Of a stretch of DNA of 64,000 bases, positions 51,032-64,000 are shown piece after piece. Source of the stretch: Balanoglossus misakiensis (taxonomy: Eukaryota > Animalia > Hemichordata); NCBI GenBank assembly GCA_040954595.2, contig CM082582.2:5192303-5256302 (forward strand). Reading direction: 5' to 3'. The notes below the pieces were generated by a model. The model was not told the DNA's origin. It saw nothing but the letters and a program-made list of their open reading frames with translations, and did not search any database. Position 1 is the stretch's first letter; every line of letters starts with the position of its first letter. The translations under genes were made by a program, and so were the position numbers.

Positions 51032-54000
51032 TTAATGAAATTTGTCAGTAAATATAAATTCAATGATCAACTAAAATTGTGTGGTCACCGCGCTCTAAAC
51101 CACTGGTGAAAAGTGCAGTCAGCAGTTTTCTTCTATTATCGACTAAATTCATGGCTCTGTATTTCAAAAACAAGCGCGTTGACTACGGCGTTAGTTTTGG
51201 GGTGACACACGTGTGCGGTTCGGTGACAAATATCTCCGTTTTTTTATGGCTAACATGTTCGTGTTTTTTCAATGTTTGCCTGTGTTCTCTGTTCTGGGGG
51301 TGTGCATTTTTTTCAAGTTGTAGTCTCTCTCCCCTTTTTTAGTACAAAGAGTGTTCTTTTTAATACTTTGTGTGTATTTTTTGTGGGGTTGAAGTGTGCG
51401 TTTTTCGTGAAAAATGTGCGCCGCGTTTGTTGTGACAAATGAGTGATTTTTTGGTCAACTGCCTTGTGGGTGTTTTTTTTTGGTAAGCTTGGAGGTTTTT
51501 TTTGACAATAGGTGAGATTTTCTTCTGTGTGTGTTAGTTTTTTTTTACTCCACGACGGTAAGTAACTATTGCTCATGCTTAAATGTTTCAGGCAAGTGTG
51601 TGCGAAATCACCCATCTTGCAAAGCATCGACATTTGGCCGTAGTCCAAAACCAAAACTGTGAGTACAGGAAAAAACATGTTTCTACACGTTCATGATAAC
51701 ATTACTCTATGTTCTTGCGAAACGGTATACAATGTCCGACATACTGCATATATCTATACTTTTGATGAGCTTTATCTGCTTATGTGCGTTGATATATTAT
51801 GAAGCCTTCCCGAGTTTTTTAAAGTTCCAATGTTGAAACAAACCACATGACAAGAACCTAAACAAAACATGTATCACAAACAACAATCTCAACACATGAT
51901 CCAAACAAAATAAACGTACTTCAATCACGTGTTGGAGGGACCGTGCATCAATATAATTTGAGACACACAAAAAAGTAAGGGGCTAATACCCATATTTGAT
52001 ACAGCAAAACAAAATCCTAGTAAAAAAAGAATAAACAATCGACAAGATATAGAAATAAATTGGTTCGAACATAGAAGGAGCAATCTTAGGTTCATAGAAC
52101 ATATAGCGCGATCTCAACACACAAACCAAAATATAGATAACCAACTTTATCACCTGAAAGTGATAACCTTATTTCTAAATATGTATGACACAAACTTTCG
52201 AAAGAAAAATAAATAAAACAATTATGATAGAAGAAAAACGAAACTTTTCTCGACATAGATTTCCTGTCATTGTCTAGGGTGATATTTTAGAGCACACACA
52301 TCCGTAACGAAGCAAACACTATGCCCCAAACCATGGAGGTGTAGAGCTCCTTTCACATTTTATAAATAAAATATGACAAGATTAACACTGAACATTGTCT
52401 TTACTTGATGAAAATTTGTCAGTAAATATACATTCATTGGTCAACTAAAATTGATTAACACTGAACATTGTCTTTACTTAATGAAATTTGTCAGTTAAAT
52501 ATAAATTCATTGGTCAACTAAAATTGTGTGGTCACCGCGCTCTAAACCACTGGTGAAAAGTGCAGTCAGCAGTTTTCTTCTATTATCGACTAAATTCATG
52601 GCTCTGTATTTCAAAAACAAGCGCGTTGACTACGGCGTTAGTTTTGGGGTGACACACGTGTGCGGTTCGGTGACAAATATCTCCGTTTTTTTATGGCTAA
52701 CATGTTCGTGTTTTTTCAATGTTTGCCTGTGTTCTCTGTTCTGGGGGTGTGCATTTTTTTCAAGTTGTAGTCTCTCTCCCCTTTTTTAGTACAAAGAGTG
52801 TTCTTTTTAATACTTTGTGTGTATTTTTTGTGGGGTTGAAGTGTGCGTTTTTCGTGAAAAATGTGCGCCGCGTTTGTTGTGACAAATGAGTGATTTTTTG
52901 GTCAACTGCCTTGTGGGTGTTTTTTTTTGGTAAGCTTGGAGGTTTTTTTTGACAATAGGTGAGATTTTCTTCTGTGTGTGTTAGTTTTTTTTTACTCCAC
53001 GACGGTAAGTAACTATTGCTCATGCTTAAATGTTTCAGGCAAGTGTGTGCGAAATCACCCATCTTGCAAAGCATCGACATTTGGCCGTAGTCCAAAACCA
53101 AAACTGTGAGTACAGGAAAAAACATGTTTCTACACGTTCATGATAACATTACTCTATGTTCTTGCGAAACGGTATACAATGTCCGACATACTGCATATAT
53201 CTATACTTTTGATGAGCTTTATCTGCTTATGTGCGTTGATATATTATGAAGCCTTCCCGAGTTTTTTAAAGTTCCAATGTTGAAACAAACCACATGACAA
53301 GAACCTAAACAAAACATGTATCACAAACAACAATCTCAACACATGATCCAAACAAAATAAACGTACTTCAATCACGTGTTGGAGGGACCGTGCATCAATA
53401 TAATTTGAGACACACAAAAAAGTAAGGGGCTAATACCCATATTTGATACAGCAAAACAAAATCCTAGTAAAAAAAGAATAAACAATCGACAAGATATAGA
53501 AATAAATTGGTTCGAACATAGAAGGAGCAATCTTAGGTTCATAGAACATATAGCGCGATCTCAACACACAAACCAAAATATAGATAACCAACTTTATCAC
53601 CTGAAAGTGATAACGTTATTTCTAAATATGTATGACACAAACTTTCGAAAGAAAAAATAAATAAAACAATTATGATAGATGAAAAACGAAACTTTTCTCG
53701 ACATAGATATCCTGTCCTTGTCTAGGGTGATATTTTAGAGCACACACATCCGTAACGAAGCAAACACTATGCCCCAAACCATTGAGGTGTAGTACTCCTT
53801 TTACATTTTATAACTATCTGACAAGATTAACACTGAACATTGTCTTCACTTAATGAAATTTGTCAGTAAGTATAAATTCATTGGTCAACTAAAATTGTGT
53901 GGTCACCGCGCTCTAAACCACTGGTGAAAGTGCAGTCAGCAGTTTTCTTCTATTATCGGCTAAATTCTTGGCTCAGCCTCTGTATTTAAAAAAACAAGCG

Positions 54001-56387
54001 CGTTGACTACGGCGTTAGTTTTGGGGTGACACACGTGTGCGTTTCGGTGACAAATATCTCCGTTTTTTATGGCTAACATGTTCGTGTTTTTTCAATGTTT
54101 GCCTGTGTTCTTTGTTCTGGGGGTGTGCATTTTTTTCAAGTTGTAGTCTCTCTCCTTTTTTTTAGTACAAAGAGTGTTCTTTTTAATACTTTGTGTGTTT
54201 TTTGTGGGTGCGAAGTGTGCGTTTTTCGTGAAAAATGTGCGCCTCGTTTTTTGTGACAAATGCGTGATTTTTTCTGTGCAACTGCCTTGTGGGCGTTTTT
54301 TTGGTAAGCTTGGAGTTTTTTTTGACAATAGGTGAGATTTTCTTCTGTGTGTGTTAGTTTTTTTTACTCCACGACGGTAAGTAACTATTGCGCATGCTTA
54401 AATGTTCCAGGCAAGTGTGTGCGAAATCGTCCATCTTGCAAAGCATCGACATTTGGCCATAGTCCAAAAACAAAACCGTGAGTACAGGAAAAACATGTTT
54501 CTACACGTTCGTGATAACATTACTCTATGTTCTTGCGAAACCATGAACGGTATACAATGTCCGACATACTGCTGCATATCTATACTTTTGATGAGCTTTA
54601 TCTGCTTATGTGTGTTGATATATTATGAGGCCTTCCCGCGTTTTTAGGGGCAACATCAAATAAATCTAACTTAATTACTTAAGTTTGGGGGTGGGGGTGG
54701 CCAAATTAAATTGTGCAGTCAAAAACGACTTTACATATTTTTGGCAAACTTAGTGATTTCAAGACTACTTTTTGTTGTGTTCTGTTGGGTTGCAATAAGA
54801 GTATTTTGTCAATGTATTAATGGTTTTCTGTTTTTATTTAATTTACTAGTACATTGGTACGTTTTTTGAAAAAATAGTATGGGTACAGGTCCAAAATGAT
54901 TTTTAATTTTAGGTCAATTAAGTTGGGATGGGGGTGGGGGGTTTGAGGCCTAATTTAAAGGGACACAGTCTCTCTCTCGCTGCCCTTTTTTCATTAATTA
55001 TGTTTGATACAAGACACCGTTTTAATGTACATGTGTAAATGTAGTGAATGAACGTTCAACCACACACAACTTCCATCCCACTTGTAGACACAAGAGTGAA
55101 AAACTCGCCAAAATGAATAAATGGTAAACACCGATTATTCATTTTGGCGAGATTTTTACTCTCATATCCTACAAATGGGATGGAAGTTGTGTGTGGTCGA
55201 ATGTTGATTCACTATATATCCACATGTACATTAATATAAACGGTGTCTTTTATCAAAAGAATGACAATTTTAACCAAAAGTTACCGGTCAAAATTGTTTT
55301 ACTGTATAACGTGTACCCCATGCGTTGTGTATGCCATTGAGTATTTTAGAGATCCTAAAAGGCTGCAATGGGACATTTTCCATTGATTGTTCTTCCCAGG
55401 AATTGATGACATAAAAGTGGCCGAGTACCTGTACAAGTTGTGACATGGTTCCATCTTGTTTTGGTGTTAATGTTTAACTCACAGGGATCAGACAGCATGT
55501 TGTTAAATTTATTAATATTTGATCAATTATTGTCAGATGACTTCTCACCTCCACTGACATTTCTAAATATATATGACACAAACCTTCGAAGGAAAAAAAT
55601 AAAACAATTATGATAGATGAGAAACGAAACTTTTCTCGACATAAATTTCCTGTCATTCGTAACGAAGCAAACACTATGCCCCAAACCATTTAGGTGTAGA
55701 GCTCCTTTCACATTTTATAAATAAAATCTGACAAGATTAACACTGAACATTGTCTTTACTTAATGAAATTTGTCAGTAAGTATAAATTCATTGGTCAACT
55801 AAAATTGTGTGGTCACCGCGCTCTAAACCTCTGGTGAAAAGTGCATTCAGCAGTTTTCTATTATCGACTAAATTCATGGCTCTGTATTTCAAAAACAAGC
55901 GCGTTGACTACGGCGTTAGTTTTGGGGTGACACACGTGTGCGTTTCGGTGACAAATATCTCCGTTTTTTATGGCTAACATGTTCGTGTTTTTTCTCTGTT
56001 TGCCTGTGTTCTTTGTTCTGGGAGTGTGCATTTTTTTCAAGTTGTAGTCTCTCTCCTTTTTTTAGTACAAAGAGTGTTCTTTTTAATACTTTGTGTGTTT
56101 TTTGTGTGGGGGTGAAGTGTGCGTTTTTCGTGAAAATGTGCGCCTCGTTTTTTGTGTGACAAATGAGTGATTTTTTCTGTGCAACTGCCTTGTGGGCGTT
56201 TTTTTGGTAAGCTTGGAGGTTGTTTTTGACAATAGGTGAGATTTTCTTCTGTGTGTGTCATTTTTTTTTTACTCCACGACGGTAAGTAACTATTGCGCAT
56301 GCTTAAATGTTCCAGGCAAGTGTGTGCGAAATCGTCCATCTTGCAAAGCATCGACATTTGGCCGTAGTCCAAAAACAAAACCGTTAA

Positions 56388-56882
56388 AGGCACATGACAG
56401 CTGCAACTGGACAAAAAATTATAGTATTAAATAATCTCATATATGTCTATTAAATGATATTTCATGATAATATATCAAGCTCAACACTTATTTATGACAA
56501 AATGGCCAAAAATTGAAGAAAAACGAAAATTCCTGCAATTTTTAAAAAAGTGCAATATTGGAAAGAAAAAGGAAAATATAATGTCTCAGCGGTGTACATT
56601 TACTTCCATGAGCTCAAGTGGATGAGATCATGTTTTGTTTATAAAGTTTCAACACCGGAAATGCAACATTTTCGTTGTTTTTTTGCATTTTCCCACGGTG
56701 GCGGCCATAATCGCTTGCGGCAAAGCTTTATTATTTATCTGCTTAGAACTTGCATATGCACTCATATTTAGGGTTTATAATGCTTCAGTTTAGTTCTCTG
56801 CCTTTATCTGCATAGACTAATGGTAGTACAGTTTGAAACAAAAATTATGATAATTATCCCAAGAGTTGCAGCTTATGTGCCT
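56388..56882. mobile_element. TTAA-targeting non-autonomous DNA transposon (Kolobok-like), second family
   Basis: Imperfect TIR AGGCACAT..(.)AGCTGCAACT with TTAA TSD. Sister units read aaaaccgtgaatacagg without the insert. Confidence 0.8.
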
Positions 56883-57253
56883 TTAATACAGGAAAAATGG
56901 AACATGTTTCTACACGTTCATGATAACATTACTCTACGTTCTTGCGAAACGGTATACAATGTCCGACATACTGCATATCTATACTTTTGATGAGCTTTAT
57001 CTGCTTATGTGTGTTGATATATTATGAGGCCTTCCCGCGTTTTTTAATGTTATTAATAAGTCGACAAGTCTCTTTCCTCGCTCGTACTAATAGCGATTTC
57101 TCGTATAATTAAAAACGTCGTGTTTTACAGTATTTTCTGTTCGAAATATGAAGATCAATAATTTAATTCAGCTTGGTTTATCAACAACAAAACCAAATGT
57201 GTTTCCGACACGTATTTCTTATTTTTCACACATGCATGCGATGTACTGAATAT

Positions 57254-57381
57254 CAGGCCTAGGTAAGAAATATCAGCAAAGCGGTGAATCTATACCGTCT
57301 AGATTTCGCTGCTTGACAGCCTTTCTTTCCATCTAGACGGTATAGATTCGCCGCTTTGCTGATATGTCTTACCTAGGCCTG
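57254..57381. mobile_element. Hairpin MITE with 5-bp TSD
   Basis: CAGGCCTAGGTAAG...TCTAGAT / ATCTAGA...CTTACCTAGGCCTG with AATAT duplicated. Empty site gatgtactgaatattagtagg at ~47598 and ~49420. Confidence 0.8.
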
Positions 57382-57708
57382 AATATTAGTAGGCCTATTG
57401 CAACATTCGATCGCCCAACAATGATTTCTGTTAAAATCATCAATTGAATTCATTCTGTGTATTCCTTCTTTGCATGTAATGAAGACGTGTTTTATGAAGA
57501 AGAATCATTTATCTTATAATGTATCCAACTTCGGTCGTTGCCTTCTTGATGATTGAGTCCTTTGTGCTTGGTAAGATACGATTTTCTCGCGTTTTGTTAC
57601 ACATCAACCTTTGGAAGTTTTCCTCGTCGGGGCCTATTATGGAGAATCAGCCACGTCCGAAGGCTGAGAGTGTAACACAACTCCACTTTCTCCATCCAAC
57701 ATACATGT

Positions 57709-58230
57709 TATAATAATAATAATAATAATAATTGCATCAAAGGCCACCGGCCCATCGTATTTGAAACATCATACTATAAAGGCACATATCTTGATTGCAC
57801 GCCAAAACCACACAAAACATATCATCATGTGCATGCATGTCATTACAATTTCAAGTCTTCTAGCTACAATTCTAAAGCTTGGCACACAAATGTTGCCAGG
57901 TACGTTATTTATAATGTTGTTATCAGTTGAAGCGAAAAGTTGAACCATATGTGCTTGATGATGATGTCTCGTAATCCACACAAAAAGGGATATTCGTCTT
58001 CCACGATGTATGTATTACAAATTTTACATAGGCCTAACTTTGCAGATCTGTCCAGACCTTTGCTCCGGTCAGTTTTAATAAAAAAAGGTTGATGACCAGA
58101 GCATCGTCTCTGGGAAAGAGCTGTTCGATGTTTGTTGACTTTAACATTCTTTAAGTAAATAATTTTCAAGACACGGGCGATGACAAAACATTTGTTATCG
58201 ACTTGTGTTAGTCTTGACGCCAACTATCTT
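57709..58230 (-). mobile_element. Second copy of the degenerate LINE 3' end
   Basis: Homologous to 46396-46850 (LCKICNTYIVEDEY motif, (ATT)n tail). Confidence 0.65.
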
Positions 58231-58260
58231 TTACTCTATCAGAAAACAATGTGATATTTA

Positions 58261-58397
58261 CAATAAAACACCCCAGCCATGGTATACCACGAGATTTTGA
58301 CCAGTTCACGACATATTCGCACTCGCTATCGCTCGTGCGTATATGTCGTGAACTGGTCAAAATCTCGTGGTATACCATGGCTGGGGGTGTTTTATTG
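58261..58397. repeat. Near-perfect ~137-bp palindrome
   Basis: caataaaacacccccagccatggtataccacgagattttgaccagttcacgacatat and its reverse complement flank the centre gcactcgctatcgctcgtgc. Confidence 0.9.
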
Positions 58398-59512
58398 CTA
58401 TTATATTATACCAGTATATTGAAACTTTGCATAAAACATTTTAAAAAGGCATTTTCTTTGACTATGAGATTTGCGTAATATATGACTGTGGTATGTGACG
58501 AATATATCACAGTCACATGTCGTGTCTCGACCAATAAAATAGCGTGACACCATCAATATACTGGTATAATATAATTACATATAATCCCATGATATCTTCC
58601 TTTGTTTGACGTCATCGTATACAAGTGGTTTTCGCGGAGCAGTGCAACTTCGAGCCGCAGGCGAGAAGTTGTACGCTTCCGCGAAAACCACGCAAACTAT
58701 CGCTGATCATTCATAAGATCATTCATAAAATCTCCCAACAAGTCGTCCCATTGAGTTTCGTTCGCTCGATGTTCGGTCTTACACAAATGTTATCGATTCT
58801 CTAACAATTTTACTGCGACCTGTTGCCACGTCTTATACATTTCGTTGACTGGTGGAATATAGAGGTTCAGTCGTCACGCTGAACTGGCTCGAAACAATTC
58901 CCCACACTGATTCGACTCGGAACGTACCAGACTTGCGTCTATCCTAGGCTATGTACCTGACCCAAAACTGTGACAGCAACGATCGTCCATTATCGTTGCG
59001 TCGACTGTCTTCTTTCCAAATTCCACCTTTCTGTTTTGAGCTTACAAAGCGATATTGTCATGTAACCGTCATTTTTTAAATTTCATTTCTGTATTGTAAA
59101 TGCCGCTACACGTACTGTTTCTGTTTGACAACAAAGCTACCGCGAATCGGTGGAAATAGTTCCGGTTGATGACGTCGAACAGGGGTGAACTGGATTTTTG
59201 ATCTGTCCTGGTCCACGTCACACAGGTCTTGATATGGGCCAGTTCATGTGATAAAAACATTTATAATATACCTCATGCTAATACTGTGTCGTGAATCCGT
59301 CACGTGATAAGAAAATAGAATCGACTATGAACCCCCGGGGAAATAGCAGAAAAAATATAAACCGGTCATGTGACCAGCGTGAGTGCGCAGACTCGGTCAC
59401 GTCGCGTCGTCTGACACAATGGCCACTGCTGAAGATGTCGTCTGCCAACCTCAAGAGAAAATTCCATGATTTTCCAAACTGTTAGCATGAGGTTTATCAT
59501 AAAACACCTTAG

Positions 59513-59680
59513 CCTGGCCTATATTCGGGCCCTAGTAGCCGTTTTTACCCCTCGTGGCTGTGAGTTACCAGAATCATATGCTATTTCCCTCGGCTTACGG
59601 CCTCGGGAAATAGCATATGATTCTGGTAACTCACAGCCCCTCGTGGGTAATAAACGGCCGCTATGGCCCTCATGGCCAGG
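59513..59680. repeat. ~170-bp palindrome
   Basis: ggctgtgagttaccagaatcatatgctatttccc / gggaaatagcatatgattctggtaactcacagcc around the centre tcggcttacggcctc. Confidence 0.85.
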
Positions 59681-60045
59681 CAATACATGTAGGTGTTCAA
59701 TATCCATAGTCATATCTGTAAAGTATATTCCGCATATGTCATGCCCATTCACTATCACTATCTGCCTTGAAATGCTGTTTCTGATTGGTCGAGTGTATGA
59801 TATTATTCAAATCACCAACGACCAGGCGCGGGAATTATTTCTTATATATTGTGGAAATCAGTGTAAATTGCAGGCTTTCATTTAAGTTGGTGATAGCCTG
59901 GTCAATTTGCGAGAGGGCGCTTCAAAAGCCCTTTCTTTTTCAAGAAAAACTGACAAAAGCGCTAGATATAGTTTATGTCATGTCGTTATTGTTATCACGG
60001 AAGAAACACTACCGATTATACGTCTATATTTATCATAACATACAG

Positions 60046-60984
60046 GTTCAATTCAAGAGACAGGCCTGCGTCAATTGACAGGCAATGTGTTCATGTGTAC
60101 AGCGAAGGGAGGGAGACCGGCAGCCACGTTCAAATGGTACAAGAATGGAAGGCTGCAGTGGGAGGACAAGGGCGAGATCGTCAAGCTCGATGAGAACATG
60201 ATGGCAGATAGTGCCAGCATCTATTCTCCCAAATTGACCAAAGAGGATGACGGACTGACTCTGATGTGTGAAGCTATTCAATCCACTCTACTGATTGATG
60301 AAAATAATCGTGATTCCATCATGCTGCACGTTAATGAACCACTGGGTAATCTTAATTATAATTTTAAACATATAATTGACTATTGGGGAAAGCCCTCATC
60401 ATAATGCACTTGAAAACGCAACCAGCGAAAATAAGTGCAGGTATTCATATATACAATATGATAGCATTGTCCAAAGAATTTGTGCTAAGTGTCGTTTAGG
60501 TTTTTCAAAAATTGACCCTAATGACTCGTCATATCTTTATTTGTATGTTATATACAGCGCCGCCTGTCTGTGACACTGCCCTGGGCGAAGGTCCGTTGAT
60601 TGGAATTGGTATAATTATCGGCATTCACATTGGTGCAATTGCAACTGGTGTGGTTTACCGTATCTGTAAGTTGGTTTTCTAATCTTATACAATAGTGCAC
60701 GTGGAGAGGAACTTTTGGATAGAGCATTCATGAGAAGCTAAAACATTTTCTTCACCAATCCTTAGGTGGCTTGAAAAATATGTCTATTTTTTTATTTAAA
60801 AAATGAATATCTACAATATGGCATGTAAAACACCCATAGAATCCAGGTATACTTTTAAAAAAATATTTTCAAAGTATTTTACTCCGTATGTAGCAATAAG
60901 GTAAAGCCAATGGAGCTTTCAGCCATCGTAATATATTCATTCTCTTTTTTATAGGGATAATCAAGAAAAGACAAAGAAAACGTG
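60046..60984 (+). CDS. 3' exons of an immunoglobulin-superfamily type I membrane protein (C2-set Ig + TM + basic juxtamembrane); partial
   Basis: Phase-1 exons 60046-60345 (FMCTAKGGRPAATFKWYKNG...TKEDDGLTLMCEA), 60558-60665 (LIGIGIIIGIHIGAIATGVVY) and 60955-60984 (WIIKKRQRKR) splice in frame. A possible last exon starts at 61688; 5' exons not found. Confidence 0.75.
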
Positions 60985-61196
60985 GTAAGTCATTTTCTAA
61001 TTTTGACACAACAATGCTGTATAGTTTTGACAAGGAACTTAATGTTCCCATTACAAAACGTTATCACAACAGTAGAATTGTAGTAAGCATTAACTATCCA
61101 CATTTCTCCTGCGTAGTTGTGCGTTCGTGGGAGATACTAGTAGTTTCATGTCATGCCTTAAACAATTCCAACAAATGCAACAAAGATTAATAGTTG

Positions 61197-61197
<1 letters not shown>

Positions 61198-61232
<35 letters not shown>

Positions 61233-61265
61233 CTAGATAGATAGATAGACAGATAGATAGATAGA
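61198..61265. repeat. (GATA)n microsatellite
   Basis: Visible tetranucleotide run adjoining the LINE tail. Confidence 0.9.
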
Positions 61266-61630
61266 TTCAATTCAATTCAATTTTATTTCACGTTCAATTT
61301 TTACATCAAATGGTGAAAAATGTACTGATAAAGTGAAAAAAAGGAGGTAGGAAAAATAGTGCATTCGCACTAGTCAAGTCCACCCCCTCATGGTGAACAG
61401 TAGAACACTTGGTTAGTAATACTTACAAAAAAACTATACTTTTCCTAGCAAGGATTTCATCTGTTTCTTAAATGAACATTTTGACCTTGTTGAGCGCATA
61501 TTTTCATTAAGTTTATTCCAAACCTTTGCTGCAGGGTACTGTATGGAATGTTGGCCAGCATTACTGTTATATTTCGGAATAAGAAGATCGCCTATATTTT
61601 TTGATTTGGTATGATAAGAGTATTGAATAG
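61265..61630 (-). mobile_element. 5'-truncated CR1/L2-group LINE 3' end
   Basis: YSYHTK...LLIPKYNSNAGQHSIQYPAAKVWNKL...SFKKQMK is a typical CR1/L2 ORF2 C-terminus, followed by a 3'UTR stem (tagtgcgaatgcacta), AATAAA and a (TTGAA)n tail. Confidence 0.75.
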
Positions 61631-62391
61631 GAACGAAATACTCTAATACGCGGATGTAACTTTGTTTTTGTTTTCTTTCTTTATCAGATTTAAGTTTACT
61701 ACAGTTTGCCAAACCCTTCCCAGCCTGTTTTTTCGTTTCTTTTTCCTCTTTGTCTTGTCTTTTTTTTTCTTCTGAAATGCTCAATAAAAAAAAAAGAAAA
61801 AAAAAAGTACAATGAACACTCACATGCGTTACAGTATACTGCCATGCATGGTCAAACAATACTTGGACATTTAGTTATCACCTGTTGGAAATATGTGAAT
61901 ATTGGACTCGCATTTCAGCATTTCATGCGCCGTAGTATTTCTCGGGCAACATCACGATTTGAAGCCTGCCAGTCTGTTTTAGTTGTGACTAGCAGGGCCC
62001 TCGGTCATCAAAATACAGTTGCCCTCATTGTCAGTCATCATGTTTCTACTGATCTACAACTACCACCATAGAATTTGCTTATGCCTACACCCCCTAAATG
62101 CTCTCTAGCTAGTACCTTTTTGAGTGGACGATCAGGAAGAATAAGATGGCTTCCACAGGAATAATCACAATTATCCATGAAGATCTCAAACTGGCCCATT
62201 TCATCACTGGTCTGCTTTTTTCTAGAGTAGATCAGTCTGATAAAAAAGGAGAAAGTATTTGAAAATGCATAATTTTGGTTTATGCAAAAATGTCAACACT
62301 GTACAAGTACATGTATACACATATGCTATATGAAATGACTTTTAAATATCAACATTTGAAATAAAATATGACAAATATAACTGTTTCTTAG

Positions 62392-62777
62392 GTGGGAGGG
62401 GGACACCCCCTCCCACGCCCACCCCGCCACTTTTCTTATTTTACCAATTCCAGCAACTATTGTATTGACTTTTCATTTTCATTTGTTCATAGATTTCTTT
62501 ATTGCAATGATATACTATTATATACTTCAATTACTTTAAGAAATTTATAATTGAGGTGTGAGGAGCCTCATTCCCTCCATTGCATACAGTGAACATAGGA
62601 TCAGGACGGCGAATGTTTTCGGCGTGGGGGAGGGGGGTCATCATATTTTTGGGTCTGTCAAAGGGGGGGGGGTCATCATTTTTTGCTCCTGGGTGAAGGG
62701 GGGGGGGGGGTCGACCTGATTTTGAAAACCGATGACACAAACTTGTCACCCCCCGGCCGTAAAAACTGAACGGTCCC
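62392..62777. mobile_element. Right half of the Harbinger MITE seen at 10831-11760
   Basis: Matches ~11380-11760 and ends GCCGTAAAAACTGAACGGTCCC + TAA. Confidence 0.8.
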
Positions 62778-62965
62778 TAAACTGCCTGGATGAATCTTGA
62801 CTGGCGCGGCGTACGGACATTGGAGGCATTCATCTTGTTTATGATCACGTGGTCTGCCCTTTCTGGGCATGATATCGGGCCGTACCTGACCCCTTTCCCT
62901 TTAGCGTAGCTCAGCCAGCGGTGGGATTGGGGCAGGGAACCAGACTAGGCTGGGTGATGGCCTGT

Positions 62966-64000
62966 ATTACTCAACAATCATGTCATTTCAACGAATATAA
63001 ACTGTTACATGGCCCAGCGTCACATTTTAGAAATTTTATCCAGTCTGGGCGGATGTTGAATTAACTGGAGTCTGTGCTGCAAGAAGTCCACCATTGTTGT
63101 GTCATTAAGTTCATTTCTGTTTTTAGAGAAAAGTTACTGATCAAGAAATTGTTCATATTTGGAGAAGATTGTTTAATTAATACTGACTTTCATTGGAAAC
63201 CACGATTTTAGTACACAAGCTACCTCAAATGACATACTACAATGTAATATTAACTCTGGTATAGACCTATTTGCCAAGAAAAAGGTCAACTATCGGACAA
63301 ATTAAACCAGTTTTCCCTCCACGATGACGGGCAAGCAATATTTCGGCATCCAGTAAAAGTTTTTCCGAGTATGTTTTTACTTGAGAACCGCCAAACGTAC
63401 ACGTAACATGTATCAGGCATGGTGCCTCATCAGCCTCATGGTGTTTCGTCTGCACAGTCGTCGCCTGCACCACGTTGTTGAAGTTGCCCGTCATCTGGAA
63501 ATTTAAATGCCAACGTAACTGCCGCCTGAGCGCGTCTGACGTCATTTGATATCGAAGAATTTCTTGCACTGAATATCACGATGGCCATGGATTGGTCATC
63601 TAAATGACGGGTCAGGAGTCAGCATGTTTCAGTAAATAAGACAATGGTATCCCTAGAAGGGTACAAATATGAGAGAGAATGACAATTTTAACCAAAAGTT
63701 ACCGGTCAAAATTGTTTTACTGTATAACGTGTACCCCATGCGTTGTGTATGCCATTGAGTATTTTTGAGATATCCTAAAAGGCTGCAATGATGACATAAA
63801 AATGGCCGAGTACCTGTACAAGTTGTGACATGGTTCCAACCTGTACAAGTTGTGACATGGTTCCAACTTGTATTGGTGTTAATGTTTAACTCACAGGGAT
63901 CAGACAGCATGTTGTTAAGTTTGTTAATATTTGATCAATTATTGTCAGATGACTTCTCATCTCCACTGACATTTCTAAATATACATGACACAAACTTTCG
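62966..64000. repeat. Copy of the 43995-45075 segment (runs off the window end)
   Basis: Colinear similarity with small indels. Confidence 0.9.

Larger units (their letters stand above)
44666..58130. repeat. Complex tandem/segmental repeat array with nested insertions
   Basis: The same modules recur several times, e.g. ...gtggtcaccgcgctctaaa... and ...catgtttctacacgttcatgataacattactc.... Near-identical units start at ~49709, 51821 and 53268; the last two are 1447 bp apart. Confidence 0.9.

Noticed and set aside
47684-56414. Recurrent 70-125 aa ORFs in the repeat array
   Set aside because: They recur only because the DNA is repeated; frames break between copies at homopolymer indels and show no domain motifs.

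Overview
AT-rich, intron-containing animal genomic DNA; the repeat landscape suggests a marine invertebrate (inference only). Most ORF-track entries are spurious or single exons, so genes were rebuilt by hand from GT-AG boundaries and frame continuity. Left to right: (1) a 6-exon mitochondrial-type deoxynucleoside/thymidine kinase gene (TK2-like, minus, 3016-5673); (2) a tandem pair of small 2-exon orphan coiled-coil genes (minus, 6942-7640 and 8292-8991); (3) an 18-exon FGD-family RhoGEF gene (DH-PH-FYVE-PH, plus, 16006-26594); (4) an intact secreted EndoU/PP11 endoribonuclease gene with three somatomedin-B (SMB) domains (minus, 38561-42537), followed downstream by three tandem paralogues that keep the signal peptide and 1-2 intact 8-Cys SMB exons but stop at a shared GGT-TGA (ancestral GGT-CGA) in the next SMB exon, predicting nuclease-less secreted SMB-only microproteins of 75-113 aa; (5) a ~15 kb patchwork of tandem/segmental repeats with nested MITEs, foldbacks and LINE 3' ends (44-59 kb and 63-64 kb); (6) the Ig-TM-juxtamembrane exons of an IgSF membrane protein (plus, 60046-60984). 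The EndoU plus SMB-only cluster is the best candidate for an undescribed system.
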